Positions 14,546-24,638 of a stretch of DNA of 64,000 nt are shown piece after piece (the stretch's first letter is position 1; each line of letters starts with the position of its first letter). The translations under genes were made by a program, and so were the position numbers. The DNA is from the human T2T-CHM13v2.0 reference genome, Homo sapiens. The stretch is taken from assembly GCF_009914755.1 (NCBI RefSeq), contig NC_060940.1; one strand, 5' to 3'. Below the pieces are notes generated by a model that made no database searches, was not told the DNA's origin, and saw only the letters and a program-made list of their open reading frames with translations.

Positions 14546-17270
14546 TTTTAAAATCGACTTTATTTTTTTAGAACAGTTTTAGGTTCAGAACAAAATTGAG
14601 TGGAAAGTATAGCGTTCCCACATACCTTCTGCCCCGTACACATACAGAGTTCTTCAATATGAACAAGTAACACTAGAGTGGTCCATTTGTTACAATCAAT
14701 GAACATAAATTAACACATTGTTGTCACAAAAAGTCCACAGTTTGCATTAAGATTCACTCTTGGTGTTGTATATTGTATGTGTTTGGAAAAATACACAATG
14801 ATACAGGCCTACAATTACAGAATCGTACAGAATTAGTTTGATGAAAATCTTAGCTTGCACTGAAATTCCTCTGTGCTCTGCCGAATCCATAGTTCCTTTC
14901 CTTCTAAATCCTTATGACCACTGATTTTATTACTGCCTCCATAATTTTCCCTTTTTCAGAATGTCATGTACTTAGAATCATATAGCCTGTAGCCTGTGAA
15001 GATTGGCTTCTTTCATTAATAAAACGCATTTAAGTTTCTTCCATATCTTTTCGTGTTTTGATAGCTTATTTCTTCTTTGCACTGAATAATATTCCATTGT
15101 CTGGAAGAACCATGGTTTATTTATCTATTCACCTACTGAAGGACATCTTGGTTGCTTCCAAGTTTTCACAATTACAAATAAAGCTGTTATAAACATTGTG
15201 GGCAGGTTTCTGTGTGGACATAAGTTTTTAATTTATTTGGATAAATACCAAGGATCATGATTGTTGGATCATGTTGTAAGAGTATGTTTAGTTTTGTATA
15301 TGTCTAGTTTTATAAGAAGCTGCCAGCCTGTCTTTTAAAATAGCTGTTCCACTTTGCATCTACACCAGCAATGAATTCAGGTTTCCGTTGTTTCACATGC
15401 TGGCTAGCATTTGGTGTGGTCAGTGTTTTAGCTTTTGGACATTCTAATAGGTATGCACTACTATCTTATTGTAGCTTTAATTTACAATTTTCTAATGACA
15501 TACGATGTTGAGCAACTTTTGATAAGTTATTTGCCATCTAAATATCTTTTTTAGTGTAGTGTCTTCTCAGGGCTTTGGCCTGGTTTTTAATTGATTCTTT
15601 TGTTTGTTTGTTTCCTTAATGCTGATTTTTAAGGGTTTTTTACATAGTTTTGTTCCTTATTAGGTATGTATTTTTCAAGTAATGCTCCTCATCTGTGTCT
15701 TATTGTTTTATTCCCTTGACAAGTCTTTTGCAGAGTGGAAGTTTGGGTTGTTAAAATTTTAGTAAAGCCTAGTTTATCAATTATTTTTATCATAGAACAT
15801 ATCTTTGGTCTTTCATCAAAAAAGTTATTACAATACCCGAAGTCATCTAGATTTTCTGTTATGTTATCTTCCAGGAGTTTTATGATTTTGTATTATATAT
15901 AGTTCTGTGATCTATTTTGAATTAATTTTTTGAAGAGTGTATTACAGAATGAATTATAGTCCCCCTAAAAAATTCATGAGATGAAACTCTAACCATCAAC
16001 GAGACTCTATTTGGAGAAAGAGCCTTGAAGGAGGTAATTACATTTAAATGAGGTCATGAGGGTGCATCTCGAATCAAACTGCACTAGTGTCTTTATAAGA
16101 AGAGGAAGAGATACAAAGAGTGTACGCACAGATAAAAAAGCCTTGTGAAATCCACAGCAAAAAGGCAGATGTCTAAAAGCCAAGAAGAAAGGCCTCTAGA
16201 GAAACCAAACCTACTGACACCTTGATCTTGGACTTCCAGGCTCCAGATCTGTAAGAATACAAATTTCTGTAGTTTAAACTACCCAATCAGTTATATTCAG
16301 TTATAGAGGCCCTCAGTTGACTACTACCAGTTATAACCATTCTGTTTAGATATTTTTTTTTGTATGTAAATGTCCAATTGTTCTAGCACAATTTTTGGAA
16401 AATGCTATCATTTCTCAATTGCATTATTTTAGCTCCTTTGCTAAAGATCAGGTGGCTATATTTCTGTGGGTCTATTGCTAGTATTTATTTTGTTTCTTTG
16501 ATTTGTTTGTCTATTCTTTCATAAATACCATCTTGTCTTGATTACTGTAGCTTTATAGTAAATCTTGAAACTGGAGAGTGTCAGTTCTACTTTAATATTG
16601 TGTTGGCTCTTCTAGGTCCTTTGCCTTTCCATATAAGCTATGAAATCAGTTTGTCAATATTCATAAAATAATTTGCTGAGATTTTAATTGAGACTTCAAT
16701 GAATAGTTCAAATTAGAAAGAACTGACATCTTGAAAATATTGAGTCTTCCTATTTACAAACATGAAATATCCCTCTATTTATTTAGTTTACCTTTGATTT
16801 CTTTCAGCAGCGTTTCAATGTTCTCTTCATATAGATATTACACATATTTTGTTGGATTTATACCTAAGTATTTTTATTTTGGGGGATGCTAACGTAAACA
16901 GTATTGTGTTTTTAATTTCAAATTCTACTTGTTCGTTGCTGGTTTATAGAAATGTGATTGGCTTTTGCATGTACATCTTGTATCCTTCAACCTTGCTACA
17001 ATTGTTTATTAGTTGCAAGAGTGTTGTTGTTGATTATTTAAGCCCCTCCCACAAAAATTCATGAAATGAAACCCTAACCTTCAATGTGATTGTATATGCA
17101 GATTTTATGCATAAAAATGTTATCTGTAAATAGTTTTATTTATTTCATCCTATCTGTATACATTTTATTTCCTTTTCTTCTCATTGCATTAGCTAGTATT
17201 TTTAGTATGAGTATTAAAAGGAGTGATGTTGTCTTGTTCTTAATCTGAGTGGAAAAGCTAGTTCCTCGAC
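14546..17270 (-). mobile_element. L1MC1/L1MC2-like LINE-1, interrupted by MLT1A
   Basis: Typical 3' end gactttatttttttagaacagttttaggttcag...attcactcttggtgttgta, followed by degenerate antisense ORF2. Confidence 0.85.
15940..16328 (+). mobile_element. MLT1A-like MaLR LTR
   Basis: ggaggtaattacatttaaatgaggtcat...ctttataagaagaggaagaga...caccttgatcttggacttccag...aaatttctgt. Confidence 0.88.
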
Positions 17271-19084
17271 ACATTTTGTTCTTTTTTTGTAATGATTTCA
17301 TATGCGATAGTCATACTTGGCCAAAAAAAATATACTTCAAATTGAGTTCATTGGGTGTATTTTCAAGGGCCTATTTTCAGCCACAAATTACCTCACAGTC
17401 TTACTTATGAATCACTTAGAAAGAAGCATGTCTTTGGTAGGGTCTATTTGTTAGTCCAATTAAAATTCACTTCAGGAATGGAATATACCACATTTCTCTT
17501 CACCACTTAGTATTATAGCATCTTGACTTTAAGAATTTGATCACTGTATTTATATTTTTACTTCATATTTTACTTCAGATTTTGTATTCTTTAACAAGAA
17601 TGATAAAACATATAATCTAACAAAATCCCACCCCCTTTTATTCTGCCTTTCTTGTAATGTAAATGCTAATTAATTAGATTGTAAATTAAAAGGTAAAGAA
17701 AGTATAACAATGATTATTCAATATGTCCCTCTTTTAGACAAGTGAATGGCTTGGTTGAAAATTAAGCACACAAATTTAGTATGAAGTACTTAGGAAAGAG
17801 TACTCTAAGTTTAGGCGACAAAAATAAAAACAACAACTACTTCATATACATATAAAATATATTGAGATACAAATTGTTTTGATTTAAATTCTAAGGTAGT
17901 AAAAGTAATCTAATAATTCATAAATTGTTGTTGAGCTCCATATATCAGGTTTCTCATTTATTGTAATTTTGTTGTATGAAGGTCACAATTAAGAAAATGT
18001 TCTTCTTGCTGTGCATTTTCAATTCCTTTATGGGCAGAAGTAGTATGTATTACTTATAGCCAGAAAGAAATTGGTCATTTATTCTATCTGTGATAACTAA
18101 AAGATTCTGAAAGCTGTTTCAAGATTTTTTTATTTTTAAAGTACAATTAATGATATTTCCAGATAGTAACTTTGGTGCATTATTAAAAGCATGAAACCTA
18201 AATAAGCTATTTTATATTCATCTTGCAACTCAGGTAAATATACTAAATTAGGAACTTAAAAATATATTTCATGGCTCTAATTTGGTTGGTTATATAAGAA
18301 AGAGAAAGTGCATGAAGCTGCAAAATATGAGCATATTCTCTGACTTTCCTTTTATTAACAAATAGAGTATAAAAGTCAATGTATTTTATTTTAGTTTTTC
18401 ATTCCATTTTTAAAGTATGGTTTTAAACCTCCTTAATCTTTAAAATGATGCTATTTATTTCTGATTTGTGGCAGTGTCAGGGAAACATAAGAAAGTAGAC
18501 CCACAATGGTTAATATATTGAAGACATTGTTTGCGTTGAGTGTTTCCTTATATGCAGTAAATTCTACCAGATATCGTAACCTTGAGCATCACCTGTATTT
18601 GATTGCTTAGAATTCCAAATCTGATTCATAAAATCACCTCCAGTGTGTGAATGGGTTTACTACGTAATTTTTCTTTTCAAATAGGCCATTATTGTAGTCT
18701 CCCACCTAAACCCTAAGTATGCTGTTATTAACTTGCTTTTAAGTTCTTCAATAAAGCAACATTTAGGATGTATATAAAAACGCTGCATTTTTATTAAACA
18801 GCCCTAGAGGAAGGAAAGGCTATTTTAATGTGGCATCAACAGTGTGGTTCTGTGGTTCTATTCAATTAGCATTGGCTTGCCAACCTCTTTAAGTACTGGC
18901 ACCATGTCCAAGTGTGCTTATTAGCAGCTTTTCTCTTTTCTATATATTTCCCCCCATATCTTTAAGCTCCGGTAATAATATATCATAGATTTTTTTCAAG
19001 TTAAGTAAAACCTGTCTCCATCTTTCTCTGTCCTTGTCTTTCATACACACACAGTCCTTGCCTTCTAAGGATATATAACATTCA

Positions 19085-19101
19085 GATAGAGAGAGATAGA
19101 T

Positions 19102-19145
<44 letters not shown>

Positions 19146-19160
19146 CACAGACAGACAGAG
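19085..19160. repeat. (GATA)n tetranucleotide STR with (GATA)11 core at 19102-19145 and GACA flank
   Basis: Counted directly from the sequence. Confidence 0.97.
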
Positions 19161-19404
19161 GTATATATAGAAGCATAAACAGACATGAACTAGGGCAATA
19201 TAAATGGTGACATAGAAAAGATAATACATTTTAAAACTTTTTTAAAATTTCAAATTAATAGTATTCAATGATTAATTGATGTGTAGGTGAGCCAACATTA
19301 GACGTCAAAAATAATTATCTAATTTCTGATTTGGATGGCAGCAAGTTTAAGATCCATATATAAAATAATTAGCAAGTTAAATTGGAATATGTATAAATAT
19401 AGCT

Positions 19405-19600
19405 AAATTTTATTTATTTAGGGCTTAGTGTGCCTAAACACTTTACATGCACTGTCCTATTTAATCCTCAAAACATTAGAATAAGGAAAGTGAAACCCAG
19501 GGAGTTAAGAAACATGACAATGGTCATATCTATAATACATACTTAGCAGGATTCATGGCCAGACATTCTGATGCCAGACACCATTCTATTAGTAACCATC
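19405..19600 (-). mobile_element. MIR
   Basis: atttaatcctca...ggaaagtgaaacccagggagttaagaaacatgacaatggtcat. Confidence 0.6.
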
Positions 19601-20871
19601 ACCTTATGGCATGCTGAGTTTGAGATTCTCATGCCAAGATAGACAGAAGTGCCCCAAAATATGTTGGATATGGCATTGTAAAACTCATAAAGAATGGGTT
19701 TTGGCACTTGGTAGAGTTACCCAAGGGGGCAAGTGCATGTTAAAATAGTGGTCCTACAGACAGAGTGCTAGGCAATGCCAACATTCATGGGAAGAGCTGA
19801 GGAGAGACTGAAGTGATGAGACCAAAAAGTAGCATTAATAGAAGGGGGAGAAGACTCAAAGAATGCAGAATAACCAATGTCAAGATGGCCGATAATTTTG
19901 AGAAAGAGAATAGTCCAAATTAACACCGATGTCAACATCAAGCAGAGAAGCGAATCATAGGACAAGAACATCATGGTTATTGGGCAGAAACCCTTAAGAG
20001 ACCATTTCCAACCTTTGCCAAGGGTAACTGCAGCTTAGGAGCAGGGAAGGACCAGGCTGCAGTAAGTGAGAATAGGTTAGCAGGGAAGGGGTCTAAGTGA
20101 GCTAAGATTATAAGAATGCTCAGAAGATGCCCTTGCCCATGGTGTGGTCATCATAGGCATTATTATGTTTACCTGTATTGTCTTTTGCAGTGGAACCTGT
20201 GCATAGTGTATCATACAGAAATTTCATGCATAGATCCTGCTAGAAATAACTTAGACTATGACCTCTGAATTTTTAGCAGTGTGGGAAGATTTTAATAAAA
20301 TGATATTTTGAAGATTTTTTTATTTAAGCCCAGAATATGCAGGAGATATATTTAAGTCCACCAAAAGAGCTTCATTTGGTAAAGCAAAAATGCCACAATC
20401 TTTTAAAATTGGTATTTTTTCTAAAACTGAAAATTTCACACATTTTACATTTCATTTGCTAACTTTCACAGCAGGTCTCCAAAAACCCAACTTCCTACTG
20501 AAATGTGTTTCCAAGCAATTTCATTTGGAAACAGAGAACTGTCTTGACCTTTTCATGGGTGTTAACTCTGCATCCTAAAAGACTTCAGAGGCAACACTCA
20601 ACAGGTGTCCAAATATTCCAGGATAATATGATTCCTATTTTTAGATAGCATTTTTCCATAGCTAAAAAAAAAAATAGATTAGTCAATCAGTTCTCTTTTA
20701 AAAGGCCTTCTGGAAAAGCAGTTTTCTACCTTTGAGTTTGCATTGCATTTACCCCTTTGTGTGTTCCATTAAGTATCATTACATGGCCTTTTACATCTAG
20801 CAATATATGGCTCTAAAATGGAAAACTCCAGTTGTTTCTGTCTCAAGGCTTTGAATCAAGAATCACAAAGC

Positions 20872-21362
20872 CTGTTGATCGACATTTAGCTTGCTTCCAA
20901 ATCTTGTCTATTGTAAACAGTACTGCAAAAAATATAGGAATACTGATTTTCTTTCTATTGTGTATATACCCAGGAGTGGGATTGCTGGATCATAACATCA
21001 TACGGTAGCTCAATATTTAGATTTTCAGGACCCTCCAAACTGTCCCCCATAGAGGTTGTACCAATTTACATTCTTACTAACAGTGTACAAGGATTCCCTT
21101 TTCTCCACATTTGTTGCTGCCTGTCTTTTGGATATAAACCATTTTAACTGAAGTGAAATGATATCTCATTGTAGCTTTGATTTGCATTTCTCTGATGGTC
21201 AATGATGTTGAGCACCTTTTCAGATGCCTGTTTGCCATTTGTATGTCTTCTTTTGAGAGATGTCTATTCAAATACTTTGCCCATTTTTTGATTGGATTAT
21301 TAGATTTTTACCCACAAAAATATTTAAAAATAATAAGAATAATAAAAAATAGAGCAATAAAA
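20872..21362. mobile_element. L1MA1-3-like insertion with 5' inversion (inverted ORF2 piece plus short sense 3' tip and A-tail)
   Basis: Antisense ORF2 ([16 protein letters not shown]...) at 20872-21309, then tacccacaaaaat + A-rich tail. Candidate TSD aagaatcacaaagc/aagaaacacaaaac. Confidence 0.8.
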
Positions 21363-21714
21363 AAGAAACACAAAACTATGGAAAGAGAACTCTTTATCAT
21401 CATCTGTTCTCCAAGGGAACAGCTCTACTAAGAGGATTCTTCAGGCCTCTGCTCAGAGTGAAATAAGTTTTGTCAAACAGTAAAGAAAGATTTGAGGTGG
21501 GAAAATCAATCATCATTTTCCTTCATTTTATTTATTCAAGTTTCATGCAGCTCATTTTTTTAAAGAATGAGTGTCATTTTATAAGTGGTTAAGAAATGTG
21601 GATATACATCACTAGCTTCATTGTACAGCTGAAGGAAATGGAGGTCTAGAAATGTAAGATGACTTGCCCAGGGTTTCACCATCAATTCGTGGCAGAGTGT
21701 GTTCATTAAAGTCT

Positions 21715-22030
21715 TCTGGGCTGCAAGCTAAAGAAACCAACTTCAACTTTTTCAAAAAAAAGTAAGAACTCATTGGAAAAGCACTAGGGTAGCTCACAGA
21801 ATAAAAACAAAAGGTTAACAACCAAGCCTCAGGTGGAGAGAAACCAGTGTAGTATAGGGACAGTCACTGTAAGGCCTCCTTTCTAGAACATGGCCAACGG
21901 AGACTCTACTCGGACACCATCTGGTGATGTGGTCAATTCCATGCTCAGCGTTCAAATTCCCACTGAAGAAAATCTGACTGGCTGAGCTTGTGTCAAGAGA
22001 CACTTACCTGGGTATGTAAAGACTATGGTT
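21715..22030. mobile_element. Ancient MLT1 (L/M/N/O-type) LTR fragment
   Basis: ggctgcaagc...gaaaccaact...cattggaaaagc...gggtagctcacagaat motif typical of old MLT1. Confidence 0.5.
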
Positions 22031-22624
22031 TGGGGTTTGCAGAGCCACAACCTCTGGCAAAACATTGAAGAATCTCATACTCAACTGTGGCTCACAAATC
22101 AGTGTTTATATTGTCTGATTTTCTACTCACATTGTCTTTGCTGACATGAGCATCATTTGAGGAGCTTTTAAAAAATAGCAGTAGTCAGGCCCTACTCCTA
22201 GATACTAAATGAGTTACTCTGAGTAGAGGTGAGCCCTGTTTATTTGTTTGTTTTTATGCTTTACTTTTTAAATGATTCTAATGTGCAACCTAATTATGGA
22301 ATCTGTGGGGAAGAAGATGTTGCCTCCAGCAGAAGTTAAGTAAAAAGGAAGGAAGCAATGAATGAAACAAGACAGCATCCACTGATTGGCAAAGAGCTCA
22401 GAAACTATCTAGGCACTTTATTCCCATATTTTAGTCCAGGTCAGAATAACCAAGGAAACCTGTGCTAACATCTAGATTGCAAAGTCCCATTTTAGACCCA
22501 CTGAATATGTAAAAATCCTGGAACCTGTATTATTGCAACTCTCTTCAGGTGGTTCTCATAGAGGCACATCTGTGCTGGCTCTGTTGTTCTAAATCTGAAA
22601 TGCTCAACTATGCTGACTCTAGGC

Positions 22625-22810
22625 CAGTAGTTCTCAAACTTGAGCATGCATCAGAATCACCTGGAAGACTTGTGAAGCTAGAGATTGCTGGGCTCCACCA
22701 TAGTTGTTTCTGATTCAGTAGGTCTGAATTGGGGCCCAAGAACTAGCATTTCTGAGTATACTGGTGATACTGGTACTGCTGGTCCGGGAACTACACTTTG
22801 AGAACCATAC
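22625..22810. mobile_element. MER5A hAT-Charlie MITE; further MER5 remnants at about 22145-22300 and 22440-22570
   Basis: TIRs cagtagttctcaaac...tttgagaacca. Internal gcatcagaatcacctgg and ctgattcagtaggtctg. Confidence 0.9.
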
Positions 22811-23267
22811 TCTTAAGGGATTAGAGCTTATTCTCCCACAAAACGCTGATTGCAAAAGGTTTCTGCAGTAGAATCCATGACAGTAGTCCTAGAGGAAAGC
22901 CATTAATGGAGAGCTACTTCAGAGCAGGGCAAGAGGTGCAAGCTTCATGCAAAAGAAAATGGCATATGCATATTAAAAATACAATTCTACAGCACACTAT
23001 GGGGCATTATTGAGCCCACAGCCTCTGACCTGGCATGCCTTAATTTGACCTCACATAGTTGGTTTTGCCAATATTTGGCACATCTCTTTTGAAATGAGTC
23101 CTGGTTCAAAATCCTATATTTTTCTGAGATAACCAGTGCTTTGAAAATTCATCATAGTATCTCTTTCCAAATATTTAAGGACAGTTTCTTTCACTGCCCA
23201 GACATTCATTAAATTATCTTAAATCATTAAATTAAACTAAATTAATGATCATAAATCATTCATTAGA

Positions 23268-24385
23268 TTTCCCATTTAGCAGAAATGCTTGAAACGCCGA
23301 TCATGTGCTTTGCTGAACTCTGAGAAAACAAACATAAAAATGAGAGATTTGGTGTTTCAGATGGTATCACCTATATACACACACATTTATTTGGTATACC
23401 CATGTATTTATGTAACAGTACAATGAAATATAAATAAAGGAGTTTTCACTACACTATATAGAGACGTAAGGTATGTTGGCAGGTCAGAGAAGCCTTTATA
23501 AACATGAACACTTAAAGTTATATAAGTCGATAAACCAGGTAAAGGGAATACTCCCAGAAAACAGCAGGACATGCAAAGTCATAGAATGAAGAGAAATCTA
23601 TGGCCAAGCGGCAAAAACTGATGCTTCTTGATGAGTAGAAAGAAGACATAAAGGAGGCAGGCAGAGGCCTACCTTGGAGGTGTTCATGGCCATGTTAAAG
23701 TGCTAAGCAGATACCACAAGACCACGTGTAGGGATTTATATTAGCGGTTCCTAGTCCTAATGTTACAATAGCTGGGGGAATTAACTGGGTTTGGTGGTGC
23801 ATGCTTGTAGTCCTAGCTACTTGGGAGGCTGAGGCAGGAAGATTGCTTGAGCCTTGGAAGTCAAGGATTCAGTGAGCTGTGATTACACCACTGCACTCCA
23901 GCCTGAGTTACAGACAATAACCCTGTCTCAAAAAGAAAAAGAAAAGAACCATCTGGGAAGTTGTAAAACAATACCATAACCATACTTGGTCTCTTGTCCA
24001 AATTTATGTAGTTGGAATCTCTAAAGATGGGTCAAGGGCATCAGTATTTTTAGAGACTTTCCTGTTAATTCTAATATTCAGCCATGGGTGATAATGGATT
24101 AATTATAGCATCATATTTGCTAATAGTCAAGATGGTTCTGGCATCCAGATTCAAGGGTAGATTGGAATGGACATAACTGAAAGCAAGAAGAGCAATTAGG
24201 AAGTTATTGCATGAGGTCTAGAAACACGATAAATCCTGAACTTGGTAGTTTCAGTGGTAATGGGGAAGAATGAACTTTAGGCAGGATTTCAAGGTAGTAG
24301 GGTTTACAGAGTGTGGTTTCTGATTGAAAGTGTTGGACGAGGAATGTGGAGGGGACTAACTGAATCCCCAAGTCCCTGCCTTGGC
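23268..24385 (-). mobile_element. L2 remnant interrupted by MER5 and an Alu monomer
   Basis: Degenerate L2 motifs (ggaaagcaagaagagcaattaggaagttattgc-like, gattgaaagtgttggacgagg). Confidence 0.6.
23781..23948 (+). mobile_element. FRAM/AluJ right-arm monomer
   Basis: tgtagtcctagctacttgggaggctgaggcaggaagattgcttgagcc...ccactgcactccagcctg...tctca followed by A-tail. Confidence 0.88.
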
Positions 24386-24613
24386 CATACCTCATTTAGC
24401 TTTCCCTTATTTTCAATTCCATAGTGTTTCCCTGGACAAGTTCTGCGAACTAGATACAAATTGAGCAAGACATTACTTTCCTGTATTCTAGGCCTGGTTA
24501 TCTCCCCAGAGCAATCATCTTAACATCAAGGTCCTGAGCAATGTGTCATAGAATTTTCCTTCCAGTTTAAAACTAGTTATATTTCTCATGGCAAATAACC
24601 AAGCACATTTGGC

Positions 24614-24638
24614 AAAAAAAAAAAAAAAAAAAAAAAAA
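24614..24638. repeat. Poly(A)25 tract
   Basis: Counted directly. Confidence 0.95.
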
